A program made the position numbers and the translations under genes. Below, piece by piece: positions 21,740-32,100 of a stretch of 64,000 nt of DNA. The stretch is from Aquificaceae bacterium (GTDB lineage Bacteria; Aquificota; Aquificia; Aquificales; Aquificaceae). Positions within the stretch are counted from its first letter, which is position 1. Each line of letters starts with the position of its first letter. The stretch spans positions 1 to 64,000 of the forward strand of contig JAXSMZ010000001.1 of the NCBI GenBank assembly GCA_037924335.1, given 5' to 3'. The notes beneath the pieces were generated by a model. The model saw nothing but the letters and a program-made list of their open reading frames with translations. It had not been told where the DNA came from and searched no databases.

Positions 21740-23316
21740 ACAAGCACCTCGTACCTGTTGTACGGATCTTCCAAAAACATGCCTACGCTTACTCCAGGGT
21801 CAAAGGGCTGGTATTCCTCAAAGGATGATGGAACAAAGACAACATCATCAGCTAAGTTAGGAGTTATCACCACATCAAGCTCAACGCCTCTTATTCTCAA
21901 CTTCTCCTTCACGCTTAGCTTCTTTGCGGTTTCTCTGTTCATATAAGCCTTCTGGTACTTTTCCATCTCGTGGGTCCAAGGAAGCCAGTGCCCCATCTCT
22001 TCAACTATGCTGTTGTCCGTATATATGTAAACACCTTTCTCTGGTTCTTGTACTTCAAGGGAAAAGTCCATGCTTTCCATGTCTGGGATGTCCAGCCCTA
22101 AGCCACCAAGGGAGCTTTTCAAAAGCTCCAAGTCTACTCCGTAGAGGTTCAGAAATCCACGTAAGTCTGCTTTTGTTCCAAACACCTCTGATAGGAAAAG
22201 GTAAGGGTCTATTCCGTATGGCTCTAAAGTTTTTGGCGAGTAGGAGACAAAGCCAAGGCCATGTCTGTAGTTTATAAACTCCCTTTCCGCAAAGCCCAGA
22301 GAGGGTATGACCAAAGTTGCATGATGGGCAGTAAAGTTTGGGAAGAGGCTAAAGTGCAAAACAAACTTGCCCTTAAGTTTTTCAATGCTCTCTCTCTTTA
22401 AAAACCTGAGGGGGTTTCCAAAAATAACGATGGAATCAAAGGTCTCAAGCCTTCGGGAAAACTCCTTCAGTCCTTTGGCTGGAAAGGGCATAACATCCCC
22501 AACTAAGGAGTATTCAACTCCAAACTTTTTTCTTAGCTCCCTCAGAAGGTTCACCACCTTACCGCCAAAGTTAGAAAGGAGAAGGGAACTACCTATAAGC
22601 AAAAGGGAACTTCTAACAGTTACAAGAAATCTCTTTAGGAACCTTGTTATCTCGTTGCTCTCCTCTGGTTCCATGAGCTTTTCCAAGAGCCTTATTCCCT
22701 CGTAGGGAGGGAGAAGGTGCTTCCCTTGAGCTTTTGCCATAAGTGTATCGTACCTTGAGGATATGGATAAGAGATAGGAGCCCTTCTCTACTGCGTCCAC
22801 TATCCACCTGGTGGACATAACCTCAGAGTAAACTGGGTAAGCTTCTAAAGTAGTTATAAGCCTTTTATCCTTCCACTCTTGGGGCCTAAGGCTGGAAGCT
22901 TTGAAAGGTAAATAAGGAGCATCGCAGAAGACTTCCTCCGATACTTCCCTTGCAAGAAGATACTCTTCCAATCCCGCCGTTCTGTCTAGTAGGAAGGCTA
23001 TCTTACCCTTTAGGTTTTCCTTTGCTATGAAGATGGCATCTTTAAGACTGACCTCTTTAAGTCTGCCTTTTTCCCAAAGGTAGGGCTTTTTTAGCCTAAG
23101 AGGGCTATTGTACAGCTCCTGTATATAAGCTATCCCTTTAGTGCAGAAGCTTCCTATACCGTTGGGGTCTTTGGGATGTCCGTAAAGGTCTATGACTTCT
23201 TTGTCTTTTTTATACAGAATGTATCCGCAGGAACATCCACAACCAGCACAGATACCACAGGATAAAGCATCAAACTTTTTGACCGTTAGGGGCAAGTTGG
23301 TGGGTTCTAAAGCCAT
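21736..23316 (-). CDS. Molybdopterin-oxidoreductase-like protein with N-terminal Fe-S domain
   Basis: CAGCGCSC...FCTKG Fe4S4 motif, RLKKP, short C-terminal barrel; start moved to MALEP because the ORF extension overlaps the tRNA. Confidence 0.75.
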   Translation of the reverse strand: MALEPTNLPLTVKKFDALSCGICAGCGCSCGYILYKKDKEVIDLYGHPKDPNGIGSFCTKGIAYIQELYNSPLRLKKPYLWEKGRLKEVSLKDAIFIAKENLKGKIAFLLDRTAGLEEYLLAREVSEEVFCDAPYLPFKASSLRPQEWKDKRLITTLEAYPVYSEVMSTRWIVDAVEKGSYLLSISSRYDTLMAKAQGKHLLPPYEGIRLLEKLMEPEESNEITRFLKRFLVTVRSSLLLIGSSLLLSNFGGKVVNLLRELRKKFGVEYSLVGDVMPFPAKGLKEFSRRLETFDSIVIFGNPLRFLKRESIEKLKGKFVLHFSLFPNFTAHHATLVIPSLGFAEREFINYRHGLGFVSYSPKTLEPYGIDPYLFLSEVFGTKADLRGFLNLYGVDLELLKSSLGGLGLDIPDMESMDFSLEVQEPEKGVYIYTDNSIVEEMGHWLPWTHEMEKYQKAYMNRETAKKLSVKEKLRIRGVELDVVITPNLADDVVFVPSSFEEYQPFDPGVSVGMFLEDPYNRYEVLV

Positions 23317-23337
23317 CTGAGTTATTATATCAAATAT

Positions 23338-23409
23338 GGGGACGTAGCTCAGTGGGAGAGCGCCTGCATCGCAAGCAGGAGGTCGGGGGTTCAACTCCCC
23401 TCGTCTCCA
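23338..23409 (+). tRNA. tRNA-Ala(CGC)
   Basis: GGGGACGTAGCTCAGTGGGAGAGCG CCTGC-ATCGCAA-GCAGG AGGTCGGGGGTTCAACTCCCCTCGTCTCCA; G3:U70. Confidence 0.95.
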
Positions 23410-23473
23410 TGGACTTATCGCTAAACGTGAAAACATTTTTCGCAATACTATTGATACTCATCATAACACTATA

Positions 23474-23482
23474 TGCTATAAT
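23474..23482 (+). promoter_or_regulatory. Extended -10 promoter for the mod operon
   Basis: TGCTATAAT, followed by AGGAGG SD before modA1. Confidence 0.5.
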
Positions 23483-23523
23483 ATTGTCAAAATTTGATAC
23501 TATATTAGCTAAGGAGGTGTAGC

Positions 23524-24366
23524 ATGAGTAAAGTGTTTTTTACGTTGTTTGGAGCTCTGTTGTTCGCTGGAATGTCCTTTGCAGAAGAGAAACTTCTGAT
23601 CTTTGCTGGAGCTGCAAGCAAGCCACCTACGGAGGAAGCGGCAAAGGCTTTTGAAAAGAAGTATGGGGTCAAGGTGGACATCGTATTTGGGGGGTCTGGT
23701 TATGTGCTCAATCAGATGATCCTTACCAAGCAAGGAGACTTGTACTTTCCAGGCTCTTCGGATTATATGGAACTGGCAAAGAGGAAAGGAGTAGTCTTTC
23801 CAGAGACAGAGAAGTATGTGGTCTACCTTGTACCCGCGATCAACGTTCAAAAGGGAAACCCTAAGAATATAAGGTCGCTCAAAGACCTCACAAGGCCAGG
23901 GCTAAGGGTTGCCATAGCCAACCCAGAGGGTGTATGTGTTGGAGCTTATGCTGTTGAGATCATAGAGAGGGAGTTTACACCCGAGGAGAAAGCTGCATTT
24001 AGAAGGAATTTGGTAAACTATACAGAAAGCTGCGAAAAGACCGCTACGGCTATTTCTTTAAAGACTGTTGATGCAGTTATTGGTTGGAGCGTATTTGAGC
24101 ATTGGGATCCTGAGAGGATAGAGACAGTGCCTCTTAAACCTTCTGAGGTTACACGTGTAGGCTACATTCCCATAGCCATATCAAAGTTTACCAAAAACAG
24201 AGAACTAGCGCAGAAGTTCATAGACTTTCTCCTTTCCAAGGAAGGAAAAAACATCTTCAGAAAGTATCATTACTTCATGACGCCTGAGGAAGCTTTCGCT
24301 TGGATAGGTGAGAAAAAGCAAGTAGGCGGAGAGTATGTTGTGCCGAAAGAATGGCTTAAGAAATGA
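23524..24366 (+). CDS. modA: Molybdate/tungstate ABC substrate-binding protein 1
   Basis: Signal peptide, FAGAAS, FGGSG, GDLYFPGS, VQKGNPKNI. Confidence 0.88.
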   Translation: MSKVFFTLFGALLFAGMSFAEEKLLIFAGAASKPPTEEAAKAFEKKYGVKVDIVFGGSGYVLNQMILTKQGDLYFPGSSDYMELAKRKGVVFPETEKYVVYLVPAINVQKGNPKNIRSLKDLTRPGLRVAIANPEGVCVGAYAVEIIEREFTPEEKAAFRRNLVNYTESCEKTATAISLKTVDAVIGWSVFEHWDPERIETVPLKPSEVTRVGYIPIAISKFTKNRELAQKFIDFLLSKEGKNIFRKYHYFMTPEEAFAWIGEKKQVGGEYVVPKEWLKK

Positions 24367-24388
24367 TGTTTAAGAGAGGGGGTGTAGC

Positions 24389-25231
24389 ATGAGTAAAGTG
24401 CTTTTTACGTTGTTTGGAGCTCTGTTGTTCACTGGAATGTCCTTTGCAGAAGAGAAACTTCTGATCTTTTCAGGAGCTGCTTTTAAAAAGCCTATAGACG
24501 ATATTGCAAGTCTTTTTGAAAAAAAAACAGGAATAAAGGTTTATGTCACTTACGGTAGTGTAGAAACTGTTATGTCTCAACTGATATTAGCGAAAAAAGG
24601 TGATGTTTTAATAGTCCCGTCTCCTGATATTATGGATAGAGCGGTCAAAACAAAACTCGTAAAAAAAGAAAGCATCAAAGAATTTTCTTACCAGGTCCCT
24701 ACCATATTAGTTCAGAAGGGTAACCCCAAAAACATTACGGGATTAAAAGACCTGCTGAGGGATGATGTCAAATTTGCTATGGCAAATCCGGAAAGCGTTT
24801 ATATAGGAATGCTCGCTGCGGAAATTTTTGATAAAAATCTATCGGAGGCAGAAAGAGAAGTTTTAAGAAAAAAGATTGTGACTTATGCCGAGGATATTTC
24901 AAAGCTCACGACATACCTGATTATGAATCAGGTAGATGCAATAGTGGGTTTTGATTTTTTGCACGGTTGGAATCCTGATAAGACAGATATAGTTAAGTTT
25001 AAAAGCAATGAGATCATTCGTATAGGTGCGGGGCAGGCAGGAGTAATCACATATACGACTAACGAAGAAAAGGCAAGGAAGTTTATAGAATTTATGCTAT
25101 CGGACGACGGACAAAGCGTTTTTAAAAAATATGGGTATCTCAGTTCCGAAAAAGATGCCTTTGGTTTTGCAGGGAAAAAAGTAGTCATTGGAGGATCTCC
25201 TTCGGTGAGTAAGGAGTGGCTTAAGAAATGA
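24389..25231 (+). CDS. modA: ModA-like substrate-binding protein 2
   Basis: Paralog of the upstream gene; VQKGNPKNI, ANPE. Confidence 0.8.
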   Translation: MSKVLFTLFGALLFTGMSFAEEKLLIFSGAAFKKPIDDIASLFEKKTGIKVYVTYGSVETVMSQLILAKKGDVLIVPSPDIMDRAVKTKLVKKESIKEFSYQVPTILVQKGNPKNITGLKDLLRDDVKFAMANPESVYIGMLAAEIFDKNLSEAEREVLRKKIVTYAEDISKLTTYLIMNQVDAIVGFDFLHGWNPDKTDIVKFKSNEIIRIGAGQAGVITYTTNEEKARKFIEFMLSDDGQSVFKKYGYLSSEKDAFGFAGKKVVIGGSPSVSKEWLKK

Positions 25232-26004
25232 CGTTTAAAAGGCTTTCAATATTTTTTGCAGCATCGATCTTCACTCTCTATACTGGACTAGTACTCTCTC
25301 TGTTTTACTTTTTTAAAGGGCACATCTTTGTAGCAACTATCCTTTCAGAAAGAACACTATTCTCCATTAAGATAAGTCTTATAGCTGCAACAATTGCGAC
25401 CTTGCTATCTCTTTTTATTGCGCTGCCATCTGCCTATGCCCTTTCTAGGTTTGATTTTAGAGGCAGGGACATTATAGACACTATCCTTGAGCTTCCGATG
25501 ATAGTATCTCCCGCTGCACTTGGTGCAATGCTTCTTATATTTTTCAACAATCCTCTTGGTACATGGATTCAGAATAACTTAATACAGTTCGTATTTACTG
25601 CATATGGTATAATCCTTGCCCAATTCATAACTACCGTTGGGATTGCAACAAGACTAATCAAAGCCGCGATGGATGAGATACCGCAAAGATATGAGGATGT
25701 TGCACGCTCGCTTGGAACCCCACCCCTTAGAGCATTTCTGACTGTCACACTTCCTCTATGTAGTAGAGGTATATTGGCAGCATCCATCCTAACTTGGGCA
25801 AAGGCGATCGGAGAGTTTGGAGCTACAATCATGGTGGCGGGCACAATGGCCATGAAAACAGAAACCCTTCCTATAGCTATATTTATGAGGCTTTCTATGG
25901 CAGACATTGAAGGCACTGTTGCCCTCATAATGGTGCTTGTTGCCATAGGAATAGCTACTCTTTACAGCGTAAAACTTCTGACAAGAAGGATATCGCTCCA
26001 ATGA
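25228..26004 (+). CDS. modB: Molybdate ABC permease
   Basis: LPMIVSP, EDVARSLG EAA loop, WAKAIGEFGAT. Confidence 0.9.
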   Translation: MTFKRLSIFFAASIFTLYTGLVLSLFYFFKGHIFVATILSERTLFSIKISLIAATIATLLSLFIALPSAYALSRFDFRGRDIIDTILELPMIVSPAALGAMLLIFFNNPLGTWIQNNLIQFVFTAYGIILAQFITTVGIATRLIKAAMDEIPQRYEDVARSLGTPPLRAFLTVTLPLCSRGILAASILTWAKAIGEFGATIMVAGTMAMKTETLPIAIFMRLSMADIEGTVALIMVLVAIGIATLYSVKLLTRRISLQ

Positions 26005-27089
26005 TAGATGTTATAGACCTGCATGTTAAAGTAAGAGCCTTTTCTTTAAAGAATGTATCCCTGAAGGTGCAAACTGGCTCATGCCATTGTCTGATAGGTC
26101 CCACTGGATGTGGCAAAACTACCCTTCTTGAGGCAATCCTTGGTTTGAGGAAGGTCGAAAAGGGAACAGTTCTGCTCGATGGAAAAGATATCACAAACCT
26201 ACCTCTGCATAAAAGGGGTTTCTCTTACGTTCCGCAGGATTTGGCCATATTCCCCCATCTCACGGTAGAGGAGAACATTATCTACGGAATAAAACATAGC
26301 AATGTTTCTAATAAAAAGAAGAGGTACGATGAGGCCATTAAGTTGGTACACTTGCTTGGTATTGCACATTTACTTAAGAGGAAGGCTGTTAACCTCAGTG
26401 GTGGCGAAAAACAAAGGGTCGCCCTCGCAAGGGCACTTGCACCAGGACACAAATATCTTCTTCTTGACGAACCTTTATCTGCCCTTCATGAAGGGATGAA
26501 AAAAGAGTTATGGTTTCTACTTAAGGAATTGCAGAAGAAATATGAGTTTACTATCCTCATGGTAAGCCATGATATGGAGGAGACTTTTTTCTTAGCAGAC
26601 CATGTAAGCATTATGATAGATGGAGTTATTCATCAGTCTGATAGAAAGGATGTGGTCTACCGTTATCCCTCAAACTCTGAGGTAGCAAGGTTCTTTGGTA
26701 TAAAGAACATATTTAATGGAGATATAAAGGGTAAGGAAGGTGATCACTATAGACTTTACTGTAAAGAACTAAACGGAGAGATACTGTTGCCCATTGATAG
26801 AATAAACAACATGCCAGAGAGAGGGAGCATTACATTTGGTATAAGAAGCGAGGATGTTATCATGCTAAGGCCAGACCTGCCTATGAAAAAGGAGAACACC
26901 ATCACGGGTGTCGTAAAAGAGATACATCCTGCTGGCTCAAACTCGGTTGTAATGTTCAAACCTGATGGCTCTGATAAACTGATCGAGATAACCATCCCCG
27001 ACTATGCTTTTGCAAAGCTTTACCCAAAGCCATCTATGCGTGCAAACATTACTCTAAGAAGTGATAGGCTTTTTGTGCTGAAAAGCTAA
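26001..27089 (+). CDS. modC: Molybdate ABC ATPase
   Basis: [25 protein letters not shown]-like tail. Confidence 0.88.
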   Translation: MIDVIDLHVKVRAFSLKNVSLKVQTGSCHCLIGPTGCGKTTLLEAILGLRKVEKGTVLLDGKDITNLPLHKRGFSYVPQDLAIFPHLTVEENIIYGIKHSNVSNKKKRYDEAIKLVHLLGIAHLLKRKAVNLSGGEKQRVALARALAPGHKYLLLDEPLSALHEGMKKELWFLLKELQKKYEFTILMVSHDMEETFFLADHVSIMIDGVIHQSDRKDVVYRYPSNSEVARFFGIKNIFNGDIKGKEGDHYRLYCKELNGEILLPIDRINNMPERGSITFGIRSEDVIMLRPDLPMKKENTITGVVKEIHPAGSNSVVMFKPDGSDKLIEITIPDYAFAKLYPKPSMRANITLRSDRLFVLKS

Positions 27090-28945
27090 CCCTCATATCT
27101 GAGGTAAACTCCTGCAAGGGGAGGGAGTGTGAGAAGGACCGAGTATGGCCTTCCATGAAAGGGAAAATCCTCAGCGTAAACTCCCTCTGCATCTCCAAAG
27201 CCAGAACCTCCGTAAACTTTTGCATCGCTGTTTATTATTCTTTTCCAGAATCCCTTTTTGGGTACTCCTATCCTGTAGTTCTCCCTTGGGACGGGCGTGA
27301 AGTTGAAAACGCAAAGGATAAGGTTATCCCTAGATTTTCTTAAAAAGCTTATAACACTCTGCTCGTAGTCAGAAAAATCTATCCACTCAAAGCCTTCCCA
27401 GCTGAAGTCTATCTCATAGAGTGCTGGGTTCTCTTTTACCATTCCGTTTAGGTCTCTTACTAAATTCTGAACTCCTCTGTGTGTATCCCAGTCAAGGAGG
27501 AACCAGTCTAGGCCTCTGTCGTGGTTCCACTCCTCCCACTGTCCAAACTCTCCCCCCATGAAGAGAAGTTTTTTACCAGGATGAGCGTACATGTAAGTAA
27601 AAAGAAGCCTTAGGTTGGCAAATTTCTGCCACCAGTCTTTTGGCATCTTGCTTATAAGCGAGCCTTTGCCATGAACTACCTCGTCATGGGAGAGAGGGAG
27701 GAGGAAGTTCTCAGAGAAGGCGTACCACATGCTAAAGGTCAAGCTATCATGGTGGTACTTTCTGTGTATTGGGTCCTTAGAAAAGTAATAGAGGGTATCG
27801 TGCATCCATCCCATATTCCATTTCATACCAAAGCCAAGACCTCCCAAGTATGTGGGCCTAGTCACCATAGGCCATGCCGTTGACTCTTCTGCTATGGTTT
27901 GAACATGGGGGAAGTCCCTGTATATACATTCGTTTAGCTTCCTTATAAAATCAATAGCTTCCAAGTTTTCCCTTCCACCGTATACGTTTGGTGTCCATTG
28001 ACCATCTTTTCTCGAATAATCAAGATAGAGCATAGAGGCAACAGCATCTACTCTGACAGCATCTATGTGGTACTTTTCAAACCAAAAGTGAGCAGAGCTC
28101 AGAAGAAAGGACCTTACCTCTGGCTTTGAATAGTCAAAGATATAGCTGTTCCAGTCTGGGTGGTGTCTCTTCCTGTGGTCTTCGTATTCGTAAAGATGAG
28201 TTCCGTCAAAGTAAACCAAGGCGTGGCCATCTGTGGGAAAGTGAGATGGTACCCAGTCAAGCACTACACCTATACCCTCCTGGTGCAGTCTATCAACTAA
28301 GTACATAAAGTCTTGCGGTTTACCGTAGCGTGAAGTGGGGGCAAAGTAACCAGTTGTCTGGTAGCCCCAAGAGCCGTAAAAGGGATGCTCCATGATGGGT
28401 AAAAACTCCACATGAGTAAAACCCATATGCTTTACGTAATCTACAAGCTCATGAGCAAGTTCCCTGTAGCTTAAAGATTCCCACCCCCTCTTCTTCCAAG
28501 AGCCAAGATGAACCTCGTATATGAGCCAAGGAGAGCTAAGCGAGTTTTCTGTATGTCTTTTTTCAATCCATCCTCTATCGTTCCATGTATAATCCATGTC
28601 CCACACTATGCTTGCCGTTTTTGGTGGTACTTCAAAGAAGAAGCCAAAGGGGTCTGTCTTTTCCGCCTCATAGCCTGTCTTTGAAACTATAAAGTATTTG
28701 TAAAGGTCTCCCGCCTTAGCTTCTGGCACAAAGGCTTCCCATATGCCAGAACCGTCCTCTCTTCTTTTCATAGGGTTTTTGCCTCTGTCCCAATGGTTAA
28801 AGCCCCCTATAACAGACAGATAAACAGCATTTGGAGCCCACACGGCAAAGTAAACGCCACCATTCAAAGGATGAGCACCCAGCTTATCGTAAAGCCTACA
28901 ATGAGCCCCTTCTCTAAAGAGATAAACATCATAGTCTGTGATCAT
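27086..28945 (-). CDS. glgB: 1,4-alpha-glucan branching enzyme
   Basis: [38 protein letters not shown]. Confidence 0.97.
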   Translation of the reverse strand: MITDYDVYLFREGAHCRLYDKLGAHPLNGGVYFAVWAPNAVYLSVIGGFNHWDRGKNPMKRREDGSGIWEAFVPEAKAGDLYKYFIVSKTGYEAEKTDPFGFFFEVPPKTASIVWDMDYTWNDRGWIEKRHTENSLSSPWLIYEVHLGSWKKRGWESLSYRELAHELVDYVKHMGFTHVEFLPIMEHPFYGSWGYQTTGYFAPTSRYGKPQDFMYLVDRLHQEGIGVVLDWVPSHFPTDGHALVYFDGTHLYEYEDHRKRHHPDWNSYIFDYSKPEVRSFLLSSAHFWFEKYHIDAVRVDAVASMLYLDYSRKDGQWTPNVYGGRENLEAIDFIRKLNECIYRDFPHVQTIAEESTAWPMVTRPTYLGGLGFGMKWNMGWMHDTLYYFSKDPIHRKYHHDSLTFSMWYAFSENFLLPLSHDEVVHGKGSLISKMPKDWWQKFANLRLLFTYMYAHPGKKLLFMGGEFGQWEEWNHDRGLDWFLLDWDTHRGVQNLVRDLNGMVKENPALYEIDFSWEGFEWIDFSDYEQSVISFLRKSRDNLILCVFNFTPVPRENYRIGVPKKGFWKRIINSDAKVYGGSGFGDAEGVYAEDFPFHGRPYSVLLTLPPLAGVYLRYEG

Positions 28946-29073
28946 ATGACCTCCTCTCCTTACTCAAAGGAGGAGCTTCCCTTCCTCAGGGCATCACTTC
29001 CCTCAGTCCAGCGGTAAGGCATAGAGAACTGCCTATGCCAGACAGGTTTATGTATTATTATTTTATCACAATT
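28946..29073 (-). mobile_element. Non-autonomous IS200/IS605-derived unit / omegaRNA-like ncRNA, copy 2 (abuts glgB ATG)
   Basis: Reverse complement aligns with 16081-16210; ends GGAGGTCAT directly before ATG. Confidence 0.75.
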
Positions 29074-29149
29074 TAAAAGGAGAGCCTTCTTGTGGATGTT
29101 TCGTAAAACTCATGCAAAAAAAATTTTAATGTATAAAATAAATGGCATT

Positions 29150-29722
29150 ATGGGAAATGTAGAAACGAATTGGGAGCGATTGGAAGGTATCATCGAGGAC
29201 ATCTACAGTTCTACAAAGCACTTTGATATTGGGTGTTCCCAGCTTAACTGTTTCCTCTGCGCCAAAGGAGGGAAAAGGTCCCCTGAGTGTCAAAGGTTGA
29301 ACGAAGCCGTAGTGCTTCTTCCCACTGAGAACCAAATGATAGGGAAGCTCAACTCTGTTAACTTTCCTGAGATAAACGTAAATGGCTTCAGCATAGGATT
29401 TTTGGCACCTGAGCAAGACTGCCCTTTCAACGTAGATGGTTTTTGCGGTATACATGGAAAACATCCCATAGACTGCAGGAGCTTCCCAATAATACCCTCT
29501 GTGAGCGAAAGGGGTGACCTCATCATCTCAATATCCCTCAAGTGTCCAGTCACTCCACCTTGGGAGTTTGTCAAGACTTGGGTGGAAAACTGGAGGAAGC
29601 TGTGGGAAGTTCTTCCAGATGAATGGTTAAAGTTTTACTCTAACGTGCCAACAAATCCAACAAAACCTATAGCCATGTTCAAAGCCGAGGGTCGGTTTAA
29701 ATGCGATGCATCTGATAGATGA
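29150..29722 (+). CDS. YkgJ-like cysteine-cluster protein
   Basis: CSQLNCFLC...CPF...CGIHGKHPIDCRSFP...CP; start uncertain (29129 or 29150). Confidence 0.7.
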   Translation: MGNVETNWERLEGIIEDIYSSTKHFDIGCSQLNCFLCAKGGKRSPECQRLNEAVVLLPTENQMIGKLNSVNFPEINVNGFSIGFLAPEQDCPFNVDGFCGIHGKHPIDCRSFPIIPSVSERGDLIISISLKCPVTPPWEFVKTWVENWRKLWEVLPDEWLKFYSNVPTNPTKPIAMFKAEGRFKCDASDR

Positions 29723-30671
29723 GCTCACAAAGAAATTAAATGGACAGTTGGTTCAAACTCACACCAGTTGGGTTGTCCTTTTGGAAGACATAGTGTACAA
29801 GATAAAGAAACCAGTAAACTTTGGTTTTTTGGACTACTCCACCCTTGAGAAGAGAAAGGAAAACTGCGAAAGAGAAGTGATGCTAAACAAAAGACTCTGT
29901 CATAACATTTACCTTGGAGTTGTACCCATAAGCCTTGTAGGTGGTAAATACTATATTGAGAACTCTACGAATGTGATTGAGTATGCCGTTAAGATGAGAA
30001 GAGTGCCACAGGAAAGGTTGCTCGTTAACATGCTCAGCAAGGTAAGCGTAGATGATATAAAAAGACTGGCAGAACATATAGCCAACTTTCATATAAAAGC
30101 TGAGAGAAGGGATGATTTTGGAAGGATTGAGGTTATGAAGTTCAACACAGACGAGAACTTCATGCAGACTGAAAAGTACATAGGTATAACTGTAGAGAAG
30201 GAAGACTACGAGCTTATAGTAAGCAAGACAGAAAAGTTCTACAGAAGATACAGTTATCTCTTTGAAAAAAGGATAAAAGACGGTAGGATAAGGGATGGGC
30301 ATGGAGATATGAGGTTGGAGCATGTTGCCTTCCTCAACGATAAGGTCTGCGTCTTTGATTGTATAGAATTCAATGAAAGGTTTAGATGCGGTGATGTTTT
30401 AAACGATATGTGCTTTCTTTCCATGGAGCTTGAATTTTATGGCAAAGATACCCTTGCCAAAGCTTATGAAGAGCGCTATAAGGAAATAACCCAGGATGAT
30501 GAGTTTGAGGTCTTTCTTCCTTTCTTTAAATGCTACAGGGCTTATGTAAGAGGTAAAGTGAACAGCTTTCTGCTAGATGACCCAAGCTATCAGGAAAAGG
30601 AAAAAGCTAAAGCTCTTGCAAGTGAGCTTTTCAAACTCAGCAGAAGGTACGCAGAAGAGATATCAGTCTAA
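29706..30671 (+). CDS. Aminoglycoside-phosphotransferase-fold protein (COG2187-like, no C-terminal P-loop kinase)
   Basis: THTSWV, YKIKKPVNFGFLDYST, GHGDMRLEH, FDCIEFN. Confidence 0.85.
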   Translation: MHLIDELTKKLNGQLVQTHTSWVVLLEDIVYKIKKPVNFGFLDYSTLEKRKENCEREVMLNKRLCHNIYLGVVPISLVGGKYYIENSTNVIEYAVKMRRVPQERLLVNMLSKVSVDDIKRLAEHIANFHIKAERRDDFGRIEVMKFNTDENFMQTEKYIGITVEKEDYELIVSKTEKFYRRYSYLFEKRIKDGRIRDGHGDMRLEHVAFLNDKVCVFDCIEFNERFRCGDVLNDMCFLSMELEFYGKDTLAKAYEERYKEITQDDEFEVFLPFFKCYRAYVRGKVNSFLLDDPSYQEKEKAKALASELFKLSRRYAEEISV

Positions 30672-31172
30672 CCACCTTAATGTAATATCATAACCTTCTT
30701 TCTTCAGTTTCTTTCCTACCTTATGCTTCTTGGCAACTACGACCTCATTGCTGGGGTCTATACTCCTTGCCCTTTCAAAATAGGCTTCGGCTTCGTCTTC
30801 CCTCCCCATGTACAGGAGTGTCAAACCTATAGTGGCGTAAACTCTAGCTGTCCATAAATCACCTGGGGAATACCTTACAGCTACAGTAAGCCTGTCATAA
30901 GCTTGTGGATAGTTGCCACACATACCTTCTGCTACGCCAAGCCAGTAAAGAGCCTCAAAGTTCCTTGGATTCTTTTCCAGAGCCTTGTTAAATTCATGGA
31001 TGGCTTGCCTGCAATGACCTTTCCTCAGATGCTTTTTCCCATTCTCCAAAGCCTTTTCTGAGGCTACTGTTAGACCTGGTGGTCTCTCGGGAGAGACGAC
31101 CACTGTTCTTTCAGCACAGGAAACAGTCATGGACAGAAGAGCCGAGATTAAAATTAAGCCTTTCCTTTCCAT
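30663..31172 (-). CDS. TPR lipoprotein
   Basis: Lipobox VSC, TPR repeats. Confidence 0.75.
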   Translation of the reverse strand: MERKGLILISALLSMTVSCAERTVVVSPERPPGLTVASEKALENGKKHLRKGHCRQAIHEFNKALEKNPRNFEALYWLGVAEGMCGNYPQAYDRLTVAVRYSPGDLWTARVYATIGLTLLYMGREDEAEAYFERARSIDPSNEVVVAKKHKVGKKLKKEGYDITLRWLD

Positions 31173-31194
31173 AGAAAATAAAATAACACGTTAG

Positions 31195-32100
31195 ATGATA
31201 GTTTTAGGAGGTGCAACGGCAAGCGGAAAGTCAGAAATAGCCTGCGAGCTTGCAAAGAGATTAAACACAGAGATAATAAGCGTAGATTCTATGAGCGTGT
31301 ACAAGTATATGGATATTGGGACAGCAAAACCCATCGAATGCATGAAAGATGTCAAGCACCACCTTGTAGATATAATGAACCCTGGAGAGTACTTTGACGC
31401 CAAGATCTTTGAAAGCTTAGCACTCAGGGTAATGCAGGACATAAAAAGCAGAGGCAAGCTTCCAATAGTTTGTGGAGGTACATACCTTTACATACAGGCA
31501 CTTCTCTATGGAATAGAAGAAACACCAAAGCCAGACTGGAATCTCAGGAAAAGGCTCTACACAGTTATAGAAAAGAAGGGAAGTGAGTATCTCTACAGTA
31601 AATTAAAGCTTGTGGACCCTCAGTATGCGGGGAAAATACATCCAAAGGATGCAAGGAGGATAGTGAGAGCTTTAGAGGTTTTTATTCAAAGCGGAAGAGC
31701 TTTCTCTTCCTTTCACAGTTGGAAAAAACCGAGGTTTGATTTCAGTGGTTTTTACATAAAATGGGAATGGCCATCCCTTTCCAAAAGGATAGAGGAGAGA
31801 GTTTTGCTTATGTTTGAAAGGGGGCTGGTCAAAGAGGTAGAAAATCTTCTAAAAATGGGGTTTGAAAACTTTCTCACATCCTCCCAGGCTATAGGCTACA
31901 AAGAAGTGGTTCCTTATCTGAAGGGACTTATAAGCTTAGAGGAGGCTATAGGAAAAGTCATAAAGAACACTAAAGAGTACGCCAAAAGGCAAATAAGATG
32001 GTTCAGAAGGCAGGAATGGACGCAAGTGGATGCAGAAAAGCTTGGAATAGAGGGAAGCGTTGAATTTATCCTTACATCTTTGACTCAACCCTGTATATGA
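31195..32100 (+). CDS. miaA: tRNA dimethylallyltransferase
   Basis: GATASGKS, DSMSVYKYMDIGTAKP, YAKRQIRWF. Confidence 0.97.
   Translation: MIVLGGATASGKSEIACELAKRLNTEIISVDSMSVYKYMDIGTAKPIECMKDVKHHLVDIMNPGEYFDAKIFESLALRVMQDIKSRGKLPIVCGGTYLYIQALLYGIEETPKPDWNLRKRLYTVIEKKGSEYLYSKLKLVDPQYAGKIHPKDARRIVRALEVFIQSGRAFSSFHSWKKPRFDFSGFYIKWEWPSLSKRIEERVLLMFERGLVKEVENLLKMGFENFLTSSQAIGYKEVVPYLKGLISLEEAIGKVIKNTKEYAKRQIRWFRRQEWTQVDAEKLGIEGSVEFILTSLTQPCI

Noticed and set aside
23317..23445. N-terminal extension of the 569-aa ORF
   Set aside because: It is the antisense of tRNA-Ala(CGC); start at 23316 has its own TATAAT.
23443..23505. ModE-like operator upstream of modA (TTGATACT repeated, CAATACTATTG palindrome)
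   Set aside because: Does not match the ModE consensus convincingly; AT-rich context makes chance likely.
23410..27089. Integrative element at the tRNA-Ala 3' end carrying the mod genes
   Set aside because: No integrase and no duplicated tRNA 3' end (attR) found; horizontal origin remains possible but unsupported as an element.
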